A stretch of 64,000 bases of DNA from the NCBI GenBank assembly GCA_951406725.2, contig OX597820.1, positions 54,312,001 to 54,376,000 of the forward strand, read 5' to 3'. Below are positions 22,270-35,649 of this stretch, in pieces; position 1 is the stretch's first letter; each line of letters starts with the position of its first letter. Under the pieces are notes generated by a model. That model did not search any database. It was not told the origin of the DNA and saw only the letters and a list, made by a program, of their open reading frames with translations. The DNA is from Octopus vulgaris. Lineage: Eukaryota. Made by a program: the position numbers and the translations under genes.

Positions 22270-24612
22270 AACATATATATATGAAGTTACATATATGTCC
22301 GTCTATAGAGTGACCAATGGTTTCGAATCAATAAAGCGCTTAGTTTCATAGACGACTCGTCAAACTCCAATGGCCGTGGGTATATTACCGCTCTTCAAAC
22401 TGGAGGGTGAAAACAGTTGCGGTTAGTTAATTGGTAAATAAAGGAATAATATACACCATCTGAGCCTTAAACGGAACGGGTTATCGCCCTTAGACCTGTC
22501 CGATCAGCACATTCAATGGGCCTAAAGGGCAAACGAGGAATATCTGCCCTTAGGTTGGTTCCGGTGCGCAAATACTTTTTACAGCCTAATCGACAAACGG
22601 TGAATCCTACGCCTGTAGCAAGTAACGTTTGAAATGGGGGCAGGGGCCATGGATTTTCTCTCTTAATCTCGTGTCTTGAGATTAAGAGAGACCTCGGGTC
22701 CAGCGAGTCTTTAAGGATTCTTGCCCGCTCTGTTATGCAAAGCTTGCATCATCTTCTCCCATTTATATAGGACCCCGCTGCGCTATTATCTTCCATTTAA
22801 TTTCGTATGGAGCCCCTTTATCCTTAAGGCGCCACAAGTGGCTGTCCAAGGACGTGACATAGCGTCTTTCCGGAATCCTAAAAGAGGACCTGTGGTTGTA
22901 AAGGCGCTGCTTAAAAGCAGTTCCGGCCGACCCGATGTGTCTTTGAACTTGAATGCTGGCTGTGTTCTCGCCTCTGGTGCATCTTCTGTTGCTTCCTGGT
23001 CTGAAATCGTTGTTGTTGCCACTGCTTTTGTCGGAACTGTCATCGGTGTTATTATTGCAGGGCGTGGGTCCGGTAATACCGCTGTCGTTGTTGCAGTAGT
23101 CATCTCCGGCAGTAGTATTGGTGTTGGTGCTGCTGCTTTTGCTGCCGATGGTGTTGTGGTTGCCGTAGCTGTTAATTCTGAGCGTTGGACTGGTAGCTCT
23201 GCTGGTGCTGCTGGTACTGGCGTGGTCGTCATTTCCGGCCGTAACGCTGGTGCTTGCGCTGGTGCCGGCGCTGGTGCTGCGGTCGTCGTTGTCGTTGTTG
23301 TCGGTGTTGATGTTTCTGCCGCTTAACGCGTTGCTTCCGCTGCCACCCTCCGTCGTTGCCATTGTTGTCGTCGATGTTGTTGGATAAGCAGCTACGGTCG
23401 TAGTTGTCGATGATGATGCTTCTGCTGCTGCTGCTGCTACCGCCGCCGCCTCTACCATTGCCATTGTTGTCGTTGTTGTTGGATGAGCCGTTTCTGCTAT
23501 TACAACCTCATAGTGGAGGTACATGACCTAGTGGTCAGAGCTGCGGACTCGCGGTCGAGGGATTGCGGGTTCGAATCTCAGACCGGGCGATGTGTGTATT
23601 TATGAGCGAAAAACACCTAAGCTCCACGCGGCTCCGGCAGAAGGTAATGGCGAACTTCTGCTGACTCTTTCGCCACAACATTCTCTCACTCTTTCCTCCT
23701 GCATCTTGCAGCTCACCTGCGACGGACCGGCGTCCCGTCCAGGTGGGGAACCTATACGCCAAGAAACCGGGAAACCGGACCTTATGAGCCAGGCATGGCT
23801 CGAGAAGGAACAAACAACAACCTCATATACGACTCCCTCATCTCGCATTGCCACACCACCACCACTGGGTAGTCAGTGTACACCCTGCATGAGCAACCGG
23901 CCGCTGCGCACGTTTATTGTTGGGTGCGCAACTAACGGAAACCCTTAGGTTGTGCCTATTGGACAAACGTCCGTTCCTGTGTGACTGCGTGAAGTGCTTG
24001 TCTATCAATCCAAAGAATATTCTTCCCATACAAGTTTTAATGTTGACTGAAAAGGGTGGGATAAACCAATGACGTTCCGGTTTTGCTTCCTTTTGAGGGT
24101 GCTAGGGCCCGGCATTCACGAGATGCGGTCCTTAAATCCACTGGACGTCAGGGCCTCGTTGTAATAGGGGACAGCGGCGTCGAAAATTTTTAGATTCGAG
24201 AACAGCTTCGAGATACTTTTGCTAATACCCTTCGCTAGGTTCCTGAACACGATAGACGAGTGGCAGGAGGATGTGATGATGTAGGATAGTCTCTCGTATG
24301 GTTTACGGTAGGGCCTGTATGAACAGGAACCCGAGTCTAGCGTGACGTCTAGGAAATTTACGATGGCGAGGTTGGTCTCAATTATTATTTTGAGTCCCAT
24401 GGAGTCTAGAATGGTAGTCAGGTCTTTTCTAAGTCTATCAAGAGTGGGCCTGTTGGCGCCTCTAACCGCATCGGTTTTCTACCTCCAGTTTGAAGAGTGG
24501 TTATATGCCCGCGGCCATTGGAATCTGACGAGTCGTCTCAAAAGCTAAGCGCTTCATGGATGCAAAACCATTGGTCACCCTATGACTGGACATATATTTA
24601 ACTTCATGTAAA
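22270..24612 (-). mobile_element. Penelope-like retroelement, 5'-truncated, with inverted pseudo-LTR copies (~22270-22425 and ~24460-24612)
   Basis: RT C-terminal motifs (VNFLDVTL...YRPYRKP; IDKHF), GIY-YIG remnant (GVVY...HIG...FKQRLYNHRSSF), frameshifts, inverted terminal repeat typical of PLE insertions. Confidence 0.88.
23513..23816 (+). mobile_element. SINE group C (tRNA-Arg-like head) inserted into the PLE
   Basis: 11-bp TSD acaacctcata at 23502-23512 and 23817-23827; removing it rejoins GVVY to EVVIAET. Confidence 0.9.
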
Positions 24613-24946
24613 TACACTACTTCTCTAATATTTAGAGTGTGCTTCTTTTTCAGTTATATTATCCACTGACGATATATATATATGCGTGCAGGCGGCGAGC
24701 TGGCAGAAACGGTAGCACGCCGGGCGAAATGCTTAGCGGTATTTCGTCTGCGTTATGTTGTAAGTTCAAATTCTGCCGAGGTAGACTTTGCCTTTCATCC
24801 TTTCGGAGTCGATAAATTAAGTACCAGTTACGCACTGGGGTCGATGTAATCGACTTAATACCTATGTCTGTCCTTGTTTGTCCCCTCTGTGTTTAGCCCC
24901 TTGTGGGTAATAAAGAAATAGATATATATATGCGTGCATGTGTGTG

Positions 24947-25038
<92 letters not shown>

Positions 25039-25481
25039 TGTTTGTGTAAATTTAATTTGAATAATCCTCATCCCTAATAAATATAATGAACGATACTCTT
25101 TCAAATCGGAACTGACTGTGTGACATGATTTACGGGATCGAAATTGGGTTTGTTTGATTTTCTTCAAATCAATCATAAAAAATTGATTGGTGTTCAAAGA
25201 AGATAAAAGAACACTGCAAAAGGCAAGTAACGAATTATAGAAAAAACACTTTTGATACTGCCCAGTCTACTAAAATCACATTGTAAGGCTGAGTGAATCC
25301 TGCCGACCAACTGAGCCGTTACTAACAAACGAAACAATTACAACACAGAGAAATAGAATAGGATCTATAAAATTATTATGTAGTATTGTTGTGTAGTATT
25401 GTTGTTGTTTTTAGCCCAAGTTGTCCTTGATCTATCAGTCGTATGATTATCAAAGGACAACCGGCTATGACTAGTCCGTTT

Positions 25482-25512
<31 letters not shown>

Positions 25513-26258
25513 TGAAAGGTACGTATCATAATGGTGTTGCATTCACGATCGTAAGATTGTGGTTTCGATTCCGGCAACGGGCAATGCATAGTGTCCTTGA
25601 GCACATTTCATTTCGCGTTGCTCCAGTTCACTCAGCTGCAAGTGAGCTCCGGCCCTGCGACGCATCGGCGACCCGTTCAGTGGGAAAGAAGTGTTGTGAT
25701 CTTGTTAGCTCTATACCTTATGTAAATCGGGTCCGGTTCTAGTCTTATGACTCCTAAGGCAGCTAAGTCTAAGACTAAAAGTGTACCTTCGACTACATTG
25801 TCGAATACATCTTTTTATGCTTGTTTGAGACCCTCTGGCGGCTATTTCTAGCAGATCGTATAACCATGTACACACCGCTTAACGTAACGTTGTTTGTCGT
25901 AATTAAATTTTATGTCGATGTTGTTATGAGAATAGGAAAGATCAAAAACCATTACACACTGTACTGTAAATCCATTCTACTCCAATCACATTAACAGTCA
26001 CATCCAGTTTTATAAATTGTGAGAAACCACGTTTTCGCCCTACATTAGGGTTGTCAGTCCTTGGCAAACCGAATTTCGTCATCCTCAACGTATGATATTT
26101 TTATCAATTTTCACAGGGAGAGAAAACTACTACAGGTATCACACCAACTTTCCGGGCACTGATGGCCCGGGACCTTTTATAATCTACCCTAATTTGCTCT
26201 AATGTACAGGTAGCTGTATTTCATTTACTTATTCATGTATAATTTGTTTAATTTAGAG

Positions 26259-26491
26259 CAGGAATGGGCCACTTTTCCTCAATTAAGGGCCGCATCGTAC
26301 CATTTCCAAGTGGGAGAGGGCCGCATGATAAAACATATTTTTTGCAGTTCTTCTTCATTTTATTTGTCTCAGTATGAAATTTTATTTGTCTTAGTATAAA
26401 ATTTTATTTGTTTTAGTATCTAATTAGCAACCTAGAAATTCGTGGAGGGCCGCACAACAACATGTTGAGGGCCGCAGGTTGCCCATGCACG
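26259..26491. mobile_element. hAT-type MITE
   Basis: Termini caggaatgggc / gcccatgcacg, repeated gggccgc subterminal motifs, near-identical 8-bp flanks atttagag / acttagaa. Confidence 0.65.
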
Positions 26492-28075
26492 ACTTAGAAT
26501 GTGTTAACCACCCGTCGTTCAGGGGAAAAAATGAAAAATCTTAAAAGGTTTTTGGAACAAAAGGCTATAGTAGAAGACACTTGTCCAAGGTACCGTACAG
26601 TGGGGCTAAACCTGAAACCACATGGTTCCGAAACAAACCCCTTCACACAGAGTCACGTCTGCGCCTATATCTATATTTTTATTATATCACATTCTGTTAA
26701 CAAAACTACCGAAATAGACCCGTGTCATCGGCGACTGTAGGTACGACTTTTGCACTAAAGCTTCTCCTCCCGTGGTGCTCGTTAGAGTTAGTTAAATGTA
26801 TAACGAAGCAGCATTGAGCATGTGACGCTCCAGACGACAGCCCGAGTAGCCGACCTCGTTTATTATTAAGTTGGTGCGCAAGGCAGAATCGGTAGCACAC
26901 TGAGCAAAATGCTTAGCGGTATTTTGTTCGTCGCTACGTCCTGAGTTCAAACTCCGCTGAGGTTGACTTTGCCTTTCATCCTATCTGGGTCGATAAATTA
27001 AGTACCAGTTGAGTACTGGGGATGATGTAATCGACTTAACCCCTACCCAAAAATTTCAAGCCTTGTGCCTATAATAGAAAGAATTATTAGGTTGGTGCTA
27101 ATATATTTAAGATAGGAAGCCTACTAGAAAATAGAATTATGCAGCGAAGAAAAAAAGAATTATTTTCATTCTTTGGGGAAAGTACCGAATAGATTACCGG
27201 ATATTTCAACGCATTATACTACTTCACCACGGCGACGAGCTGGCAGAAACGTTTGTACGCCAGGCGAAATGCTTAGTGATATTTCATTTACCGTTACGTT
27301 CTGAGTTCAAATACCACCGAGGTCGACTTTGCCTCTCATCCTTTCGGGGTCGATTAAATAAGTACCAGTTACGCACTGGGGTCGATGTAAACAACTTAGT
27401 CCCTTTGTCTGTCCTTGTTTGTTCCCTCTGTGTTTAGCCTCTTGTGGATAGTAAAGAAATTGAAATTCGTATTTCGTCTGCCGCTACGTTCTGACTTCAA
27501 ATTCCACCGTGATCCACTTTGCCTTTCATCATTTCGGAGTCGATTAAATAAGTACCAGTTACGCACTGGAGTCGATGTAATCGACTTAGTCCCTTTGTCT
27601 GTCATTGTTTGTCCCCTCTATGTTTAGCCCCTTGTGGGCAATAAAGAATTAAATTTAATTATACTACTTCACCACCCCACGATTAGGTCCACGTTTCCAA
27701 TTTGTACATATCCTTGTACTTGATGCAATCCACTTATTCCATGACTTACATGTGATAGATAATCCATAACCTGCAACACTAAAATCACAAACGTTCTCTT
27801 CATGCTTCTGCTGATACATGTCACACACAGAGAACTCTTTGTAAAGAGAGATTTTTCTGCTTTTTCACTCATTACAGTTATGTGTTCTTTAATTACATTC
27901 CACATACTTTGCAGTGCAGATACTTCAACTACTATGCTACACACCATCAGTACTAATTAGGTCAATTTATCTACTTAAGTCCTTTACTATTGCAGATAGT
28001 CACTTGCATTGGTACATTTGGTACATATTTAAAAGTTCGTTCCCACTCGGTCAAATATAAGCATTATGCAGAGAC

Positions 28076-28136
<61 letters not shown>

Positions 28137-28374
28137 CTCTCTTTAATCTTTTACTCTCTTTTACTTGTTTCCGTCATTTGACTGTGGCTATGCTGAGGCA
28201 CCGCCTTTAGTCGAGCAAATCGACCCCAGGACTTATTCTTTGTAAGCCTAGTACTTATTCTATCGGTGTCTTTTGCCGAACCGCTAGGTTACGGGGACGT
28301 AAACACACCGGCATCGGTTGCCAAGCGATGTTGGGGGGACAAACACAGACACACAAACATATACACACACATAC

Positions 28375-28409
<35 letters not shown>

Positions 28410-29420
28410 CGACGGGCTTCTTTCAGTTTCTGTCTACCAAATCCACTTACAAGGCTTTGTCTACCAAATCCACTTACAAGGCTTTGGTCAGCCCGAGGCT
28501 ATAGTAGAAGACACTTGCCCAAGGTACCACGCAGTGGGACTGAACCCGGAACCATGTGGTTGGTAAGTAAGCTACTTACCACACAGCTACACCTATGCCT
28601 ATGTACGTACATACATACATACATACATACATACATACATACATACATACATACATACATACATACATACATACACAAACGCACGCATGCATACACACTC
28701 ACACACATATACATACATGCAACCAGGCCAATAGCATGCATATTCTGCTAAAGTCCCGGGTCGATCAATACCTTGTAATGTAGACGGAAACTGTGTGGAA
28801 GCCTGCCGTATACACATGTATACATGTATGTATTTGTGTGTGTTTGTGTGTATCTCCACTCAGCGCTTGACGACCGGTATTGCCTTGTTTACGTCCCTGT
28901 AATATAGCGTACCAGATTTTTTAAAATAAGTACTGGATCGATTTCTTCGACTAAATTTTTTACAGTCGAGTCCCAGCATGTCCACAGTGCAATGACTGAA
29001 ACAGATACAAACACGCCATCTTAAACTGTGTTTTAAAGTTGTTTTTAACAGCTTATATTCATGTTATCTCTTGTTAGATCAGTTGCCTGTAAGAAACTCT
29101 TAATGATGTTTAACATTTTATCGCTCTTTTCTCCAATCTCAATAACACTAAGTCAGTAAGTAAACGATGTTTCTCTTATTTATAAGGGGAAAAAAAAGAC
29201 AATAACTGGTTCGGCATTGAATATATCGGCTTTATTTTTAGAGAAAAGCAGTCTTCTCCGACCCACACTCTTGATGTTGATGGCAATGTATATGCGTACA
29301 TATGCGTATGTATATATGTATGTATATATGCATGCATATATTGTGTGAGTATGTGTGTGTTTGTAGAATGAACATTTTTCCGCTTCCTTTGTTCACCACA
29401 ACACTTCCTCCTCTCTTTCT

Positions 29421-29467
<47 letters not shown>

Positions 29468-30134
29468 ACTCTCTGTATCTCTCCCTCCAACTTCTCAACG
29501 AAGCCACAAATTTGCTTCACTTATGAAACCGGAAAGAATGCCGATCATTCCCGGAAACACCCACAAACAGTAAACGTTTCTTTAATATAAAGAAGGACAC
29601 ACAACAACAGATACACGCATATATATATGTGTGTGTGTATAGATTCCTACAATGCAAACACGCGCATATACATATGTATGTAAGCATATATGTATGCCAT
29701 TGTTCAGTTTTATTTCAAGATTTCTTGCCAATAGAGATAGAACCTGTTTCTAATCTAGATCTCAGGCTCTGTCATTGGAATTTCAACATCAGCAGGGCAT
29801 GTATGTATGTATGTATGTATGTATGTATGTATGTATGTATGTATGTATGTATGTATGTATGTATGTATGTATGTATGTATGTATGTGTGTGTGTGTGCGT
29901 GTGTGTGTCATTGTTCAGTTTTATTTCAAGATTTCTTGCCAATAGAGAAAGAGTCGATTTCTAACCAAGATCCAAGGTTCCTTCATTGGAATTTCAACAT
30001 CAACAGCGGTGTATTTTTGTTTGTATGTATGTATGTATGTATGTATGTGTGTATGTATGTATGTATGTATGTATGTATGCATGTATATGTGAAGATTTGT
30101 TTTTGTTTATGTATGTATTATCATGCATATAGTG

Positions 30135-30630
30135 GCATGCCTAGACATGCTCTTATATACTTAAATATAAACTACTGGAAAGTTTTACAGATCTTTGCAG
30201 TTCCAGTGATGGATTGGATCTGTAGTTTTCGAATTAGCTTTCTCCTTTCTAGTTTTGAGAAGCCTAATTTCTCAAGATTGGCATTTAGGCCGTGAGTTAC
30301 ATATCCCAGAGCCCCAATAATTACATGTATAAACCTGAACTTGTAATCTGGATAGAGTAACTGTAGATTTCTCTATAGTTCAGCTTAGGTATTCTCTTTG
30401 ACACTGATCTTTCGGCTTTACGTTAACATCCGCAGGGCAGCTAATTTCCACAACCGTGCACAGTTTCTCTTCTCTATCCCAAATCATTACATCAGGTCTG
30501 TTGTGCTTACATTATATTTTCACTGGGTCATTCCACCTGTACTTTTTTTCAGTATGAGTGGCTATGGCTTCTACCACACTGTGGGTTCTTATTTCTTTGT
30601 CCTTGGGATTATCCTTCCGACGGATTTCAT
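30135..30630 (-). mobile_element. R4/Dong-type (RLE) non-LTR 3' fragment near (TACA)n; short 3' tails at 29697-29800(-), 29908-30010(-), 32325-32438(+)
   Basis: Minus strand shows HNRPD-like motif, IIGALG and ITGTAKICKTF; homologous to 33430-33780. Confidence 0.7.
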
Positions 30631-31423
30631 GAAGAACGAGAAACTTAGACATATATAAAAATTATCCGATACATTTAAGACCAAGGTAACCGACGTAAGT
30701 GGAGCGAAAATGAGCAAGGAGAAATAACTCTGTATGGCCAGTATATTCTTCAGTTATTACTTCCACCAACTTTGCTTTACATGTATGTATATGCGGCTTT
30801 ATCACAGGCTCGGTGCTCAGTATTAATTAGGTTGTAAGAGAATTGCTCTTCGCAAGTCCTTGACAACTTCCATGTAATCAGTGGCAGTAGTTTATTTACC
30901 ATTTTAAAAGTTTATATTCACTTCTTTTTCTCTCTTTATTTCAAGCACACTTATACATGCACAAAAAACACGCACAACAAACACATACACACACTCACAC
31001 TCATACACACACATATACATGTGAATATGCGTATATATTTATATATCATATATAAATATGTATGTGTGTGCGTAAACGTGTGTGTGTATGTACGTATATT
31101 TATGTGCATGTGAGTATGTATGTATGTATGTATGGTCATTTGTGAGGGCTCTCATTAGTGCTACTGGTGACATGGTATCCAGTACAGTCTGTTGCATAGT
31201 CGGCTCTTCGGTACAACCCACCAGGCTAGCCTGTCGAAGAGGGCTGCTAGAAATCCAACCGGACTAAAAACAAGTCCTGTCAAAAGAACCAAAGTGAATC
31301 CAGTGTAGGTTTAACGACCATCTAGCAATAACATGGACACTCAAAAATTCCGGGTAAGTGTCCGACATGCTGGAAAACCACTGGGAGTGAGGCATTTCTC
31401 AGCTTATATATATTACGAGTATG

Positions 31424-31456
<33 letters not shown>

Positions 31457-31502
31457 GTGTGTGTCCAAATCCAAATTGAGGAAATGGAACGGGTAAAATC
31501 CA

Positions 31503-31584
31503 GGCTCCATATGTTTCTTAGCTAGCTGATCCTCTTATGTAATAATTACAACAATCGGTGCTCAACTTAGCTAATCCTCAGGCC
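31503..31584 (-). ncRNA. Degenerate type I hammerhead motif with long stem II loop
   Basis: Minus strand ggc|CTGAGGA|ttagcta...tagctaa|GAAA|catatg|GA|gcc; U16.1 replaced by G. Confidence 0.5.
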
Positions 31585-31709
31585 GAGAATGCCTTAATTG
31601 TTCCTGACAGTATACAATCAACTTATTATTTCTTATACCTGCCACTGACTGCTTGGAGCTTATTAATTTACAATACTTGGATCCCTGGATCTCATCCTTA
31701 TATACATAC

Positions 31710-31774
<65 letters not shown>

Positions 31775-31858
31775 CTAACCCTAGGCGTGTCTGTGTGATA
31801 AGAAAGCCCTGTAAGTAAATTGGATAGACGGAAGCTATATATATATATATATATAGAT

Positions 31859-31895
<37 letters not shown>

Positions 31896-32004
31896 CAGAT
31901 AGATAGATAGATAGATAGATAGATACATACATACATACATACATACATACATACATACATACATACATACATACATAAATTCATACATATATACATACAT
32001 ATAT

Positions 32005-32235
32005 ACAATATATCAACCAAGTACCTAATGCACAAAGGAGCTTGAGATGCGGGAAAAGACGTAAAATTTGGCAACTGATGCTGACTTTGTGGAGTTCACA
32101 CTGAAGATATCACCCACATCATAAGCAGTTGTCCGAAAATGTCATCACGGCTTTATCGACCAATGAGACATGACGCTGTAGCTAGGACACACTATAATGA
32201 AATCCGTCGGAAGGAAATGCCAGAGGACAAAGAAA
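32005..32235 (+). mobile_element. R4/Dong-type fragment (CCHC knuckle, RHD motif) between (TACA)n tracts
   Basis: C.LCGVHTEDITHIISSCPKMS...MRHDAVA. Confidence 0.72.
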
Positions 32236-32462
32236 TACATACATACATACATACATACATACATACATACATACATACATACATACATACATACATACAT
32301 ACATACATACATGCATACATACATACAAAAATAGCCTGTTGTTGATGTTGAAATTCTAATGAAGGAACCTTGGATCTTGGTTAGAAGCTGGTTCTTTTTT
32401 AATTGGCAAGAAATCTTGAACTAAACTGAATAATGACATACATACATACATACATACATACA

Positions 32463-32490
<28 letters not shown>

Positions 32491-32493
<3 letters not shown>

Positions 32494-33897
32494 GGCACAG
32501 GGAATAAAGATAGAGTGACCCAAGAATATTACAGGAAAACTCTTTTCTTACAACAAAACAATATCCCACAATGCATTTTCAGTACCAGTGCTGATCCCAA
32601 TATTTGGGATACTTGATTGGTCTGTAGAGGAAATCCACTCCATAGATATCAAAATTTGCAAAATTCTGACGACAACTGGGAACTTCCACAGAAATGGTGA
32701 AGTTGACAGGCTCTACCTAAGAAGAAAAATGAAGGTGGTAGAGGCCTGAGATCAGTGCAGATGGCCTTCAAACGCCATATGGTATCACTCAGGCAGTACC
32801 TACTAAACAACAGCAGCAAAAATAAATATATGAATGCAGTGCTAAAATGTGAAGTGAGCAACATCGTGTGAGTTGGCAGTGAACTTTTCAAGAAGCACTC
32901 TCGCCCTGATGATCTCCGATACAGCTCCAAAACAGCTGGGCCTTCTTATCTCAAAGGAAATCTGGATGGAAAGCATTCAGCATACAAAAACAAGACTATG
33001 CGTGGGTATGTTGCCCGGAAGCTTGAAGACAATAAAATTGACACGAAGTGAAGCCTCTCTCGGACACAAGACCACTACCTCACATCACACTTTGAAGACT
33101 ATGCGTTCGCAATCCAGGAACAGGAGATTACCACAAAGTACCTGGCGAACAAGAGAGACAACGACACTTTCGTAATCCCAAGGTGCAACCGCATGTATAG
33201 GCTATGTCATGTTCCTGTGGAAGACATTTTGCATGTGATTAGCAGCTGTCCTAAAATGTCGTCATGGTTACCTCCCTATGCGACACGATGTTGTTGCCAA
33301 AACAGTTTACAATGCCAACCGCAAAAAAAGACTGTACTGAAATAAACTTAGAAAATACCACTGCTATGGAATATATTCATAAACACCAACTCAAGGAACA
33401 CTGATGGAATTTCACATCAAAACTTCTGTCAAATGTGAACATAACAGGCCAGATATTGTTGTTTGGGGCAGAGGGGTAAAGTTATGTACCATCATAGAGG
33501 TCAGCTGAACTGTAGAGATAAATATCTCTTTGAAAATCAAAGAAAACGAGGATATCTATAGATAACTGCTTCGAAACCTCCGGCTTTTATACCCAGTCTA
33601 TGAATTCATATTTATACCAATAATACTTGGAGCGCTAGGTTTTGTTTATAAATGCTTAGAGGAGAATGTGGATAAACTAGGCTTTTCAGAAAGAGATCTC
33701 GACCGGCTAATTCATACATTACAAGTGCAATCTGTGAGAGGAACAGTAAAAATACGCAACACTTTTCTCAAGCTCCAAATGTTCATTTGTCTGTGTTAAC
33801 CATATTCCAAAGATGAGCCTTGTCTCTTTGTTGGAAACCGGCTCCCTCCACATTGGAAGAGTTATAATAATTAAAAAATAGAAGAGATACAAACACG
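32491..33897 (+). mobile_element. R4/Dong-type non-LTR retrotransposon, 5'-truncated and degenerate, flanked by (TACA)n on both sides
   Basis: RLY..RK.GGRGL, FAIQEQEI.TKY, CCHC, RHD, HNRPDIV (RLE), IILGALG; sibling 3' end at 57420-57657(-). Confidence 0.82.
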
Positions 33898-33937
33898 TAC
33901 ATACATACATACATACATACATACATACATACATACA

Positions 33938-33972
<35 letters not shown>

Positions 33973-34536
33973 CTATATACTAAGTGTCTTTCATATAGAA
34001 ATCAAGAAGTGTGAAATTAAAAGAACGCGACAGATGGTGCGTGAGTGTGTGTGTGCGCGCGTGCGCATGCATGTGCTTGTGTGTGTGTGCGTGACAGAGA
34101 GAGGGGGAAGAGAGAGAGGGAGAGAGTGAGAGTGACAATGACAAGCAGAGAGAAAGGCAAAAATAAGTCCAGACTTGCCCTTGTGTGTTTTGTCTTTCTC
34201 ACTGATAGTTTTTACACATTAGAGAAAACGATTTTATTGATTTAGAGAAAGCAATGAATTACATCGTCCCTATTCTGTGCAATGGGGACGGATTGGGTGG
34301 ATTGGGTGGGCTGAATGGACTAGGTGAACCGGCTGGATGGAGTGGTGACAAGAAGACTCTTCTCCTTTGGGAAAAGAAAGTTTGCGATAGTTGTAATCGA
34401 TCTTTCGTTTGGATATTGTTTTTGTAATGAGAAATATATTGAGTGGAAGTGGAGTGGGGAAAAGAAGGCGCGATTAAGGGATTAACACGTGTAAAAGAGC
34501 GCGAAAGAGAGAGGGGAGAGAGTAAAGAGCAATATA

Positions 34537-35589
34537 CAGGATCCGCCAGAAAAATGTTTACACACGTCAAGAACAGAAAAACGTGTAGAAATATTGGGTT
34601 GTCCGGAAGGTTCGTGCCGATTTATAGCAGCTTACCTTTCGACTTATTTTAGAACATGGTTGAGACCATGAAATAGGATTTGACTACACCTCCATTTAGA
34701 GCACAGTTTAAGCTATCTTTTCGTAGAAGAAGATTTATGTTCCTATAACCTGTGTTAATTCTGTAACCCTTTAAAATGGAAGATAAGAAAGTTCATTTTC
34801 GGCACTTGATGCTTTAGGAACCAGACAAAGATTGCTGCAGCTCAGCTGGGATGTGTTACCCCACCCTCCATATTCACCAGATATTGCTCCTTTGGATTTC
34901 CACTTATTCAGGTCTCTGCAGAATAGTCTTAATGGTAAAAATTTCAGTTCCTTGGATGACGTAAAAAGATACCTTAATGAATTCTTTGCTTTGAAACCAC
35001 CTCAATTCTGGGAAGAGGGTATTTTAAGTTAAAGGAAAGATGGAGACGCATTGTGCAACAAAATGATTCATATTTGGTTGATTAAAAATTTAAAGGCAAG
35101 TAACTATTGACCTTTACTTTCCTTTAAAAATCGGCACGAACTTTCCGGACAACCCAATATTTTAATACTAAATTTATTCAGACATCACGCTATTAATACA
35201 AGTTACCTTTAACTTCTACCATTTCAAAAGTTGCTGAGAGTAGTGATCATTAGCTTCCAGGCACTTATTATTCGGCGAACTGCTACTTGGGCAACGTTGG
35301 CCAAAAAGTATAGTGGGATTGCTGCACATACCGTTTCAATTTCTTGCCGAAGGGCTGTCTGTGCAGCAGTTTGTCTACTATGCACGACATCGTTTAAAGT
35401 GCCCCATAAATGAAAGTCTGCAAGTAGGCGTAGGAGTGGCTGTGTGGTAAGTAGCTTGTTTACCAACCACATGGTTCCGGATTCAGTCCCAATGCGTGGC
35501 ACCTTGGGCAAGTGTCTTCTACTATCGCCTCGGGTCGACCAAAGCCTTGTGAGTGGATTTGATAGACGGAAGCTGAAAGAAGCCCGTCG

Positions 35590-35649
<60 letters not shown>

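Noticed and set aside
22721-23326. 201-aa + strand ORF
   Set aside because: Antisense shadow of the PLE low-complexity frame.
23513-23590. tRNA-like sequences at SINE heads
   Set aside because: They continue into multi-copy SINE bodies, one with a clear TSD; not tRNA genes.
27669-27947. 92-aa minus-strand ORF as a host exon
   Set aside because: No recognisable product or partner exons; at best a faint transposase relic.
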